Assembly: GCA_038087875.1 (NCBI GenBank)
Contig: CM075986.1
Span: 14,632,001 to 14,696,000, forward strand
DNA from: Malacoraja senta
Lineage: Eukaryota
Direction of reading: 5' to 3'
DNA length: 64,000 nt
The translations under genes were made by a program, and so were the position numbers. Below the pieces are notes generated by a model. That model was given only the letters and a program-made list of their open reading frames with translations, was not told the origin of the DNA and ran no database searches. Each line of letters starts with the position of its first letter. Position 1 is the stretch's first letter. This document shows positions 10,601 to 21,972 of the stretch, in pieces.

Positions 10601-11554
10601 TATCACTGACATTCTTCTGATCGAGATAAATCGTTCTATTTCTTGACATTCTTTCAATTCGAAGGGATCATAACACTGGAGACCAACATTTTTTCCACTT
10701 TGCATCTGATGCCATTACAAAGGATTCTGTAGGGCACTTTATTGTAATAGCAAACTGTGCACAGAGTTATGTCAATGACAATCATACTCCACAGAGTGTG
10801 GTAGTGGTGACGTTGGTCTACACTTGTAGCACTAACAGGCTCACCGCATGTGAGTGGCCAAATATTATTTTGCCTGTCTGAAAACAAAAAGGAAGAAAAA
10901 CTAGCAATTGCCAGCAAACTGCAACGTGCAAGGAGCCTGTTCAGTGTTACCGGTTCAACCAACTTCATCTCTGCAAAACGTCCAAATATTATTAGAGTAA
11001 CATCCATTTGATATCATGGGGTAAAGGAATCCAGTGGGGATTTTACCCTTTCCCATACTGGAAGTTACAGTACTTCAAGCTTTTGATTAATACACATTTA
11101 TTTTGTGATCGAGGAGCTCTAAAAAAAAAAACGATTTTCTGTCCATTTCTATTGCTGAATATAACAGAAGGCACAAAGATTTGCCTCAGAATAAAATGTT
11201 TTTTTAAGTTTATGCTTTGAAGAGTTTTTATTTTACCATAATTTTCCGACTGGCTGTCTCGAAGAATTATAATGCAATTCTATCAACAGAGTTATGGATC
11301 ATGTCAACAATGGGGATAGTGAAGTATATTGAAATTAATTTGAGTTTCCACTGCCTGGGTGATGTGGCTCGGCAAGGCAGAGCCCAGGGAGAAATTTATA
11401 ATAATATACACCCTGCATTATTTTTTTTTCCATTCATTTATATTACAATTTTATATGCTCCAAAAAAACTTACCTATCAGAAAATAACAGCAATTGTCAA
11501 CTTCTGCACCAATATCATGAGAATTTACAAAACATTAGACCAAAAGTGAGCTCT

Positions 11555-11845
11555 AAAGCAATTTCCCAAAGTAGTGGAATCAAGAACCAGAGGACATAGT
11601 TTTAAGATGAGGGCAGAAAGATTAAATAGGAACCTGAGGGATAATTTGTTTCCACACAAAGGATGGCGAGTATATGGAATGAGCTGCCAGAGGAGGTAGT
11701 TGAAGCAGGTAATATCATGACATTTATGAAACATTTAGACAGGTACATGGATAGAACAGATTTAGAGGGCTATGGGCCTAACACAGGCAGATGGGACTAG
11801 TATAGATGGGACATGTTGGCTGGTTTCACGCTGTAAGACTATGGT
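11555..11845 (+). mobile_element. CR1 3' fragment
   Basis: ESRTRGHSFKMR...WNELPEEV remnant. Confidence 0.75.
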
Positions 11846-12284
11846 TCCTTTATCTTTCTGAGGTTTATCATTCCCACTCTGCCTCTCCAAATATATCACA
11901 AATCCATACACTGAAGCCAGCTCATGGACCCTGCCTAATTGCATTGCTTGACGATGCTGGAGGAAGTCGAGTCCTGGATTTCCTTCCTGTCCTCTAAAGT
12001 CCACACTCACAGCACTTGAATCAAAGAGTTAAACATGTGTACAGGTCTGCTAATCCACTTTGGTCATTTTTTCCAGCAGGCTTATAGAGGAGATATGTGC
12101 GACAGTTAGTTTATTTTGGCCTGCACTGGCTGGAAAGTTGGAACGATACAACAAGAACTCATTTCAGTTTACAGAACAGTTTTTGTTTTGCGAGTCCTGT
12201 CCGTCCAGGAAGGTCTGAACGAGAAACTGCTGTTTATCAAAGCTTTCCGTGATCTTCAACCAGCAGTTACACTGAAATCCCATT

Positions 12285-12577
12285 TTATTCTCCCACATTG
12301 TCCTCTCTCCAACTCCCCCCCCCCCCCCTCCTACTCCCCCCAGATTCTGCCCCTCACTTACAAAATAAATTTACAGTGGTACGTTCAATGGTAATTTATT
12401 CAATGGTTCAATTTTGGGGATTTTGTCTTTGGGACGTTGAAGGAAACCGAAGCAGCCAGAGGCAATACATGCTGTCACAGGGAGATTGTGCAAACTGACA
12501 GCACTGGAGGTCAGGATTGAACCCAGCTTCTCAGAGCTGTGAGACAGCAACTCTACCAGTTGTGCCACAGTGCCACC
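12285..12577 (-). mobile_element. HE1-like V-SINE
   Basis: Reverse tRNA head ending tgtgccacagtgccaccc. Confidence 0.75.
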
Positions 12578-13419
12578 CATATTCATCTATAAAGCCATTC
12601 GAGTGTAAACTCTGGTGTGTATGAGGTTTCGCCTGCCCTGTTTAACAGTTCAAGAATGCAGAAGGTTCCTGCAAGGGCTCCATGAGACAAATATATCTAT
12701 ATTGAATAAGTGAAAGATGTTGAACTGCACAAATCCCTTTGTCTCCATGACACTGTTTGACCCGCTGAGTTCCCCCAGCAGTTTGTTCTTTGCACTCGGC
12801 CAAAACGTGCTGTGAAGTTTGGTTCCAGTTTTACAGGTCGACGTTGTTAATGACTGGTGTTGGGAGAATGACTGATTAGTGAAAACATTTTGCTCGGCTG
12901 TGTTCAAAAGAGGTCCTGTTGTAACAGAGAAATGCAATATTTTATCCCTTTTCACACAGTTACTTTATCAACATCCGCATTGTCTGTATCACGGGGATCG
13001 GGGCTGAGCCTGTTTCACAACTAATGATTTGCATGCTACCTCCATGGGTGTTGCTGCCGAGAAAAAAAGCCGCTTGATCTCAGTGAAAGATAATTAATGT
13101 AGAAAACTTGACAATATACTAATGATGAGAGCGGCCAGGAATTCCTAGAACAGGATTATACATTGGCCTTCCCTTTCAAAACACTGCACAGGAACAGCTA
13201 CTGTGCAAAATCAACGGCTGCACATGACTAATGTCATTACAATATGGCTACAAAGCAAAATCTGAGACATTAACTGGGGAGACAAATCTTAGGGTTTTCC
13301 ATAAATCCAGAGTTTAACTATTATTTGGCAGAGTAATCTGGGAATTCAGGATCGATTTAGAAATATTAGCATTTGATTGTACACAATTTCTACAAAGATA
13401 TTTCACTTGTGTTTTGTGA

Positions 13420-13600
13420 ATTGTAGTTCATGCCTTCAGGGTATCCTGAAGTCGTTTACTTTCGAGAGTAGATGTTGTTATTATAAAGGAAATACAGCAG
13501 CCAATTTGCCTCCCACACAAAGCAGGAAGATAAATCACCAGATATCAGTTTTCAGTATTGGGTTGATCTGGATGTTAGCGGGAGCACTGGGATAACAATT
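13420..13600 (-). mobile_element. Ancient Deu-domain SINE relic (SacSINE1-like)
   Basis: gcagccaatttg...accagata...ttggttga resembles the reverse Deu domain; related copies at 54025-54240, 61300-61510 and 62260-62410. Confidence 0.5.
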
Positions 13601-14539
13601 TTGCGCTTTCAATTGTTTTTTTATATCTGCATAGCAGATATGGAACATGGAAGATGGAGATGGTGCCCTCTCCCACCCCCGCCGAGACTAAGGGGGTACG
13701 GGGGGGCTGCTACCACGTGCAGCGGCAGGCAATAGATGGGGCTGTTCGGTACTTTGTCAGTGCCAGACACCTGGTGACACTTGTGTACTGCCTAGGTTGC
13801 ATGCAAAGCACAGCATTTCACTGTACCTAGGTACCCGTGACAACAAAGTATCCATTCATTCATTCAGATGGACCACAGTTTTGTGTCTCAGGATAGTATA
13901 GGGGAAACAAAATGAAGCCTGTGACAAAATAATAAAAGCAGAGCAGAGATGGGCCGAATGGCCTGTTACTGCACCGTAAGCCCCTCACTCAGTGCAGAAG
14001 GCCTCGTGTTGAAAGTGAAGGGGTGAATCAGGAAATCTAAGAGAGTGCATGGACAAACACAGGCAAGTAAACCAAGGGAAGCCCTTACAAGAAATTCAAA
14101 GCTGGAGCGGATGCTGGAAATCTGAAATAAAGTAGAAAAATGCTGGAAACACTCAGCAGCTTGGGCAGCATTTGCGGAAAGAGAAACAGATTTAATGCTG
14201 TCGACATGGAACATAAGAATATTAGAAATGCAGTATTTGGTGTAAATTTTGGGAAGTCGAACCAGGGCAGGTAATGAGGCAATGTTGCAGCCTTGTTCGA
14301 CTCTTGGACCAGCAAGTGGTGATGATCATGTCCAACATGCCTCTAGCTAGTCAGAATTATCACTCAGAAAGCAAGTGTTACTTGCAGTCTCTCACTGGAA
14401 GATTGACGTAGCCATGTGTTTGGTCAGTGATTGCTTTGTTGACCTAATCTAAAGGCACTAGTACCTGTTACGAGGGGTATACACATGAGGGTGTTGTACC
14501 TCCCTCTCATAGGAAACAGGATTGCATTTAAAACATTAC

Positions 14540-14845
14540 AGGGTGATACAGTGGGGCAACGGTAGAGTTGCTGTCTCACAGCACCAGATACCCTAGTTCG
14601 ATCCTGACTACAGTTGTCTGTACTGAGTTTGTACGTTCTCCCTGTGACCGCATGTGTTTTCTCCGGGTGCTCCAGCTTCCTCCCACATGCCAAAGATGTG
14701 CAGGTTTGTAGGTTAATTGGCTTCTGTAAATTGCCCTTTGTGTGTCGAAAGCAAAACTGGGATAACATAGAACTAGTGTGTGGGTGATCGTTGGTTGGCG
14801 TGGGCTGAATGGCCTATTTCCATGCTGTATCTCCAAACTAAACTA
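14540..14845 (+). mobile_element. HE1-like V-SINE
   Basis: Full head, V-domain and tail. Confidence 0.85.
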
Positions 14846-15194
14846 ACATTTCATCAGGAGCAGGGCTCCATTGGAATGAGACTTCCCTTCTCCTCCCTTC
14901 ACGTCCTGAGGGAACGGACAGGAACAAAGCAATCCCTGACACTGTTATATGCCAGGAAAATTACTCAGTGGTTCCTCGCTGCTTGTCATATCTGGGAAAT
15001 TGTTCCAACAGTGTTTGAGTAACAAAGTTCTTTTTTGACAGTCCAAAATTAACACTTATCAGTTTGAAATTCCCCAATCCCATTTAGCACTCCTGTTGAT
15101 TCCTACTGCCAAAGCTTACTCTGAAGTAACTTCAGTTTTACTTTTTTGCCTTATAGAATATAATCAGTATGTCACTTGAGGCCATTAAAGGCAA

Positions 15195-15503
15195 TGTTTA
15201 GCTTAGTGAAACAGGCCCTTCAGCCCACCAAGTCCACACCAACCAATGATCCCCACTGTGACATTAACACTACCCAACACATGCGAGGGACATTTTTTAC
15301 ACTATACCAAGCCAATTAACCTGCAAACCTGTACGTCTTTGGAGTGTGGGAGGAAACCGAAGATCTCGGAGAAAACCCATGCGTTTACGGGGAGAACGTA
15401 CAAACTCCGCACAGACAGCACCCGTAGTCGGGATTGAAAACGGGTCTCAGGCGCTACAAGCGCTGTAAGGCAGCAACTCTATCACTGCGCCACCATGCCG
15501 CCC
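15195..15503 (-). mobile_element. HE1-like V-SINE
   Basis: Full reverse copy. Confidence 0.85.
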
Positions 15504-16409
15504 CTATAAGAGGGACATACAAGATGAAATCTTGCTTATTCGCCTGCCCGACTTAACATGGATTGTTCCTCCTTCATGATACAGAAGTAACCAATACCTC
15601 TAGTTCTAACACCAAAATAAATCTCAGACTTGATTATTTTTGAGTGCCCAACAGAGTTAACGTGGTTTCCACAAAGAATTGCCATCTGCACAGATCTTAT
15701 GGGGACAGCATCATCGCATTGCTTCTGCCATTTGGCTGTGGAGCAGATGGACATAGAAATCCCGCTGGAAAAGAGGGTAAAAAAAAGGAACAATCTCCAT
15801 GGCACCCAAGCGATAATATGTCATATGTCCCGAAAATGGAATACTTGCTTGAAGCAGCACAACAGGTGGTACACATAATGCTCAATAAATACAATAAGAA
15901 ACAAACAAAAAGAAAAGTTCAATAAACAAAATAAACCCAACATAATGCACAACAAAAGAAGTGCAACCCAGGCTATTAGTAGATTGGATTTAGTTGGAGT
16001 TTATAGTGTTCAATAGCCTGCTAGTTGTTGGGAAAAAGTTGTTCCTGAAGCAGTACCAGTAGCAGACAGGATAACATTGGGGAATGGGGGAATAGTGAGA
16101 TCTCAGCAATGGTCCATTTCTGTGCCTCATCTTCCTCCACTCAGCAACCTTTGGGGATTTAACACCCCTAAATAAACAGTGCTTGCATTACCTGCAGGAT
16201 AACCATTGAGCAAGCAGGCATTATTTTTTTCATTGGATGCATTGTTCAAAGAGCCCTTGTAACTTGAGCACAGACTGGACTATGTACGAGAAATCTCCAA
16301 TGAACTTGAAGCTCCTTTGTGAAGTGTCTCAATATCAGCAAAGTCAACCTTTAAATCCTGTGTAAACCAAGGAGGCAGCCAGACTGATCCACAGTGATCT
16401 TTACACAAT

Positions 16410-17290
16410 CATTGCACATACCAAGCTCCTTTCCATTGACTCCATTAACCCCTCGCGCTGTTTCGGCAAGGCCACCAGCATATTCAAGGACGCGTCGCAC
16501 CGCGGCCTCTCCCTCTTCTTCCCTCTCCCATCGGGCAAGTGGGAAAGAAGTGTGAAAACACACATGTCCAGATTCAGGGACAGTTTCTTCCCAGCTGTTA
16601 TCAAGTCAAGTCAAGTCACATTTATTTATATAGCACATTTAAAAAACAACTCCCGTTGGCCAAAGTGCTTTACATTTGTTATAAGAATAGTATAAACAAA
16701 CAAACTACATACATATATACATATAGCCCTCGCTCAGAGGACGTCAAGAAAAGGCTTGGGAGTATAGATAAGTCTTTAGTCTTGACTTAAAGGAGTCGAT
16801 GGAGGGGGCAGTTCCTATGGGAAGGGGGATGCTGTTCCATCAGGCAAATGAACCATCCTATCACCAACTAAAGAGCAGTCCTGAGCTACTATCTACCTCA
16901 TTGGAGACCCTTCGACTATCTTTGATTGGACAATTACTGGACATTATCTTGCACTAAATGTCATTCATATTATTCCCTTTATCATGCATCTGTACAATGA
17001 GGATGGCTGGATTGTAATCATGTATTGTCTTTCTGCTGACTGGTTAGCATGCAACAAAAGCTTGTCAATGTAGACAAAAGTGCTGGAGAAACTCAGCAGG
17101 TGCAGCAGCATCTATGGAGCGAAGGATGATGCTCCATAGATGCTGCTGCTCCATAGATGCTGCTGCACCCGCTGAGTTTCTCCAGCACATTTGTCTACCT
17201 TCGATTTTCCAGCATCTGCAGTTCCTTCTTAAACAGCTTGTCAATGTACCTCGGTACACGTGACAGTAAACTAAACTGAAACTCAAGTTG
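16410..17290 (+). mobile_element. Rex1/Babar 3' fragment interrupted by an L2-type tail (16601-16838, minus) and a fold-back PLE element (17073-17234)
   Basis: KDASH..LPSG..RFRDSFFPAVI remnant. The PLE insert has a 14-bp TSD agcttgtcaatgta (17059-17072, 17235-17248). Confidence 0.75.
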
Positions 17291-18294
17291 GACTTATATT
17301 GGAGCTCCCTGAAACTTGCTCGACATGATGCCATTAGTTGTGCCTGGGCCACTCAGCAGGAACACATCAGGCCCACTGACATGCATTGAGACCTGTCCAA
17401 TTTCACAACTGGTGTTGCCTCAGCTGGAAATGATCATTAACTTGATTTACTCCAAATGAAATTGATTTTCAATTACCCAACACAGAAAAACAATCTGCTA
17501 CACTGTCCAGTTTTCTTTTTGGGCCCAGATACATGGTGGTTGCAGAATAGTAATCTCACCTTGCCATCAACATCACGTCACTACCCGGAGAGCAGGTAAA
17601 ATGCTCCCTCCTTCCCAGCAACCTTTCCGATTTACTACATCACCACGGCAATTAGGTTAGGTTTTCAAAGATAGCACGGAAAATAAAATGGGTTTCAAAG
17701 CCATTAATTTCCACTGCTTGAACACTGAGGTTCACTCTCAATACAGTTACAGTGTCATTTAGAAAGTATTTTCCTGCATTATAATGATAATGCCAGTGTT
17801 GCAAAAAGGAGCCAAATGTTAACCCAATGAATCATACAGCATAGTGCAATGCCTTGAGTTAAGTGACAGCCACTCTCATCGTCTTATTACTTAAAAGGGT
17901 AAGTACCAATTACGAAAGCTGCTGGGACCTGATTTGTGTTTCCTCAAGGTAGGTTGACAATGAGTTCACATCACTCGGTTACGGCAGAAATCACGGGTTT
18001 TAAAGCATGTTGTGCTGTTAGCCTCTTTAACACAGAATGGCATCAACAGCTACCCCGAGCACAACTATACATCTTTCCCTTGTAAATACTAACGCGGTAA
18101 GTTCTTGTTCTTAGGCAGAACCTCAGGATCAAGGATGACCTACTTGCTCTCTGATTTTTGTAACTCCTGGGATGGCTGATGAAGCCAAGGTGGGAACTGC
18201 ATCCTCTTCTACAGATGGAACAAGAGGTGGCAGAATTGATGGGTAGTTTGTGAGTTGGTGCACAGCCTGATCATAGAGGGTACCATTTGTTGAG

Positions 18295-19628
18295 GATAAT
18301 AATAATAATAATAATAGATTTTATTTATATAGCGCTTTTCAGGACTCAAAGTCGCTTTACAATTGAGAGTCAGGAATAAACAAAACAAAATAGAGCAGTA
18401 AGACAGAGGGGGGGGAACATGGGACTAAGGGTATGCAGAGGTGAAGAGATGGGTCTTGAGGCGGGACTGGAAGATGGTGAGGGACTCAGAATTTCGGACC
18501 GGTTGTGGGAGGGAATTCCAGAGCCTGGGAGCTGCCCTGGAGAAGGCTCTGCCTCCAAAAGTGCAGAGGTTTGATTTCGGAGTGGAGAGGAGACCAGCTG
18601 ATGTGGATCTGAGGGACCGTGAGGGTTGGTAGGGGGAGAGGAGGTCAATGAGATAAGGGGGGGCCAGGTTGTTGAGGGCTTTGTAGGTGAGGACCAGGAT
18701 TTTGTAGGTGATCCGGTGGGAAATGGGAAGCCAGTGAAGTTCTTTGAGAACTGGGGTGATGTGGTGCCAGGATTTGGTGTGGGTAATGAGTCGAGCGGCT
18801 GCATTTTGGACCAGTTGGAGTCGTTTGATGCTGCTGGAATTGATTCCGAAAAGAAGAGAGTTACAGTAGTCCAGTCGGGAGGAGATGAAGGCATGGATGA
18901 GTCTTTCAGCAGCGGGGGGTGTGAGAGACGATCTGATTTTTGCAATGTTGCGGAGGTGAAGAAATGATGTTTTGACAACATGGCGGATGTGAGGCTCAAG
19001 GGAGAGGGTTGAGTCAAGGATCACGCCAAGGTTGCGTGCCTGAGGAGATGGGGAGACAGTGGTGCCGTCGATAGTGAGAGTGGGGTTGTTAATTTTAGTG
19101 AGTGTTGATTTGGAGCCAATGAGGAGAAATTCTGTTTTGCTACTGTTTAATTTAAGGAAGTTGAGTTGCATCCAAGATTTGATGGCTGATAGGCAGGAGT
19201 TGATATGGGAGAGAGGGGGGTGGTGGGGGGACTTGGTGCTGAGATAGATCTGGGTGTCATCAGCATAGCAGTGGAAGTCCAGGTTGAAGTGACGGAGTAT
19301 ATGACCAAGGGGGAGGATGTAGATGATGAAGAGGAGGGGACCAAGAACGGAGCCTTGGGGAACGCCTTGAGTGACAGTGGCTGTGGCAGAGGTGTGGTTA
19401 TGGAGAGAGATGAAGTGGGATCGGTTGGAAAGGTAAGAACGGAACCAGCTGAGTGCAGAACCTTCAATGCCAAGGTCCCTAAGTCTGTTGAGCAGGATGT
19501 TGTGGTTGACGGTATCGAAGGCTGCACTCAGGTCGAGGAGGATGAGGATATTGAGGGAGCCAGAGTCAGCAGAGGTAAGGAGGTCATTGAGGACTTTGAG
19601 GAGAGCAGTTTCTGTGCTATGGAGGGGG
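18295..19628 (-). mobile_element. L2 LINE, 5'-truncated, open RT domain
   Basis: ORF 18425-~19625: HSTETALLKV, LDLSAAFDTV, GVPQGSVLGP, YADDTQ; L2 3' stem gtaaagcgactttgag...aaagcgctatataaat and (TTA)n tail. Confidence 0.95.
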
Positions 19629-19996
19629 CGAAGAAGATAGAGGAAGCAAGATGTTATTTTTGAAGATGCACTTGTATTAAGCAAAATATATGCAATAATA
19701 TCTTGCATTTGTCACATGTGCAACCGCACGATGACATTCTTTTTGCGTATGGACACGTGCTGGCACCGCCATGTTTTGCTGCCATTTCCAAAGTCCAATG
19801 TCCGGTCTGCCTGTGTGCTCGGCCTGTCCGGTCCACTGGAGCAGTTCCCCCTTCCAGGTCAGTCCCAGGCTCCTGCAGGGGCATCTGCCAGGGCCTTACA
19901 CCAGACTAAACCCACATTTCCAGGTAGAAGTTGCGACATTGGCATCTTCCTCCCCGCTACCTTCAGTGTACGCGTGAACATCAAACAGACTACTCA

Positions 19997-20150
19997 AAAC
20001 ATAGGAAATAGGTGCAGGAGTAGGCCATTCGGCCCTTTGAGCCAGCACCGCCATTCAATATGACCATGGCTGACCATCCAAAATCAGTACCCCGTTCCTG
20101 CTTTCACCCCATATCCCTTGATTCCATTAGCCCGAAGAGCTATATCTAAA
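19997..20150 (-). mobile_element. CR1 3' terminal fragment
   Basis: Reverse complement of ...tcaaagggccgaatggcctactcctgcacctatt. Confidence 0.85.
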
Positions 20151-20857
20151 GGGCCTGTCCCACTTTCACGACCTAATTCATGACCTCTGCCGAGTTTGCC
20201 CTTGACTCATACTCGCAGGGAGACTGAGGGAAAGATAAGGAGAAGTCCCTTTATTGATGTGGTGAAGTTAGGATGTTATTTTTTAGTGTGGCTGTGCACA
20301 CACTTTCATTTGCCAACATTTACATTTGAAGTTTTTTATTTTGCTCTGGGACCTGAGCGATTTTTAACGGTGTTGTAAGCCAAAAACTTTCCCCGGTATT
20401 TAATAAGACAATATCATTGACAGCCAGAGGACCTGGTGTGGGATGGGGTCTCACCGGCTCTCAAAGCCTTTCTGCCAGAGCAGCCAAGTGTCTGGGCTGG
20501 GACAGTCCCTTTGCTGCATCTCAGCAGGCCAGCTGAAGGGTGCAACAGACCCTACTGAAAGAGGCCAAGGGCAGGGAGCCACTGATCTCGGATAGCCGTT
20601 GAGCCGTTGGAGAGGTCGCAGAGGGAGGAGCTACACCCGAGCGGTAGGAGTTAAAGTGGAGCGCGGGGCTTGCTTCTTACAGAGGCCCAAATCTGTAACG
20701 TTCCAAGTTCCACTCGCACTTCAAAAACAAGTGGGCTTAAGGAAGCCGCTGATTGGTGGAAGCAGACAAGAGGGAGCAGCTGATTGGGAGTCAGATCCCT
20801 GCTGATTGTATTGTATTGTAGCAGTTTGTTTTGTATTGTATCCTAGGTAAGGGGAGT

Positions 20858-21793
20858 ATGAGGGCCAGGGCAGTTTACTGTTCTGGATGTCAGATGTGGG
20901 AAGTCATGGAGTCTGATAGCCCTCCAGACGTCCACATCTGCGCCAGGTGTATCGAGATGGGGCTCCTAATGGACCGTATTAGGAACCTGGAGCAGCAGCT
21001 CGATGACCTCCGTCTGGTCAGAGAGAGCGAGGAAGTCATTGAGAGGAGTTACAGGGAGGTGGTCACTCCAAGACCACAGGAGGCAGGCAAGTGGATCACG
21101 GTTGGGAGAGGCAAGGGGCACAGGCAGGGACTAGAGAGTACCCCGGTGGCTGTACACCTTGACAATAAGTACTCCTGTTTGAGCACTGTTGGGGGGGACA
21201 GCCTACCTGGGGGTAGCGACAGCGGCCAGGCCTCCGGTATAGAGACCAGCCCTGTTGCTCAGAAGGGTAAGGAAAAGAAGAGGAGGGCAATACTAATAGG
21301 GGACTCCATAGTTAGGGGGTCAGACAGGCGATTCTGTGGACGCAGTCGGGAGACCCGGATGGTAGTTTGCCTCCCTGGTGCCAGGGTCTGTGATGTGTCT
21401 CAACGTGTCCAAGATATCCTGAAAGGGCAGGGAGAGGAGCCCGAGGTCGTGGTACATATAGGTACCAATGACATAGGTAAAAAAAGAGAAGAGGTCCTGA
21501 AAGGAGAATTTAGGGAGTTAGGAGGGGAGTTAAAGAGAAGGACAGCAAAGGTAACAATCTCGGGATTACTGCCTGTGCCACGCGACAGTGAGAGTAGGAA
21601 TGGAGCGAGGTGGAGGATAAATGCGTGGCTGAAGGACTGGTGCAGAGGGCAGGGATTCAAATTTCTGGATCATTGGGACCTCTTTTGTGGAAGGTGCGAC
21701 CTGTACAAAAAGGATGGGTTGCACTTGAACCTGAGGGGGACCGATATCCTGGCGGGGAGATCTGCAAAGGCTACTGGGGAGACTTTAAACTAG
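20858..21793 (+). CDS. CR1 ORF1p: zinc finger, coiled coil, SGNH/GDSL esterase
   Basis: CSGC..HICARC, leucine heptads, IGDSIVRG, GARV, HIGTND, DGLHL; uninterrupted. Confidence 0.9.
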   Translation: MRARAVYCSGCQMWEVMESDSPPDVHICARCIEMGLLMDRIRNLEQQLDDLRLVRESEEVIERSYREVVTPRPQEAGKWITVGRGKGHRQGLESTPVAVHLDNKYSCLSTVGGDSLPGGSDSGQASGIETSPVAQKGKEKKRRAILIGDSIVRGSDRRFCGRSRETRMVVCLPGARVCDVSQRVQDILKGQGEEPEVVVHIGTNDIGKKREEVLKGEFRELGGELKRRTAKVTISGLLPVPRDSESRNGARWRINAWLKDWCRGQGFKFLDHWDLFCGRCDLYKKDGLHLNLRGTDILAGRSAKATGETLN

Positions 21794-21972
21794 AATCGTT
21801 GGGGGGAGGGACTCAAATAGAGAAAGCTATTAGACAGTGTGTGAGGCAGGAGGCAGAGAAGGAAAGCACTCAGACTCAACATGTAGGGTGGAAAGAAGAA
21901 AACAATAATAAACAGAGAATAAGAGGTGGTGGGGTTCTTAAATGGGTGAGCAGAGAAACAGAGGGGTGTAAA

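Larger units (their letters stand above)
8349..11220 (+). other. MRC2: Putative MRC2 3' UTR with candidate poly(A) signals
   Basis: AATAAA at 8620-8625, 8943-8948 and 11190-11195 (the last followed by a T-rich tract). The true end cannot be determined from sequence alone. Confidence 0.4.

Noticed and set aside
15531-15849. Apparent insertion with cttgct TSD and TATTC/GAATA ends
   Set aside because: 15812-16050 is a complete Rex1-type tail by itself, so the repeated hexamer is better explained by two separate tail fragments.
19628-19708. N-terminus MQDIIAY... of the 427-aa ORF
   Set aside because: Chance read-through into flanking DNA beyond the L2 truncation point; not evidence of a domesticated gene.
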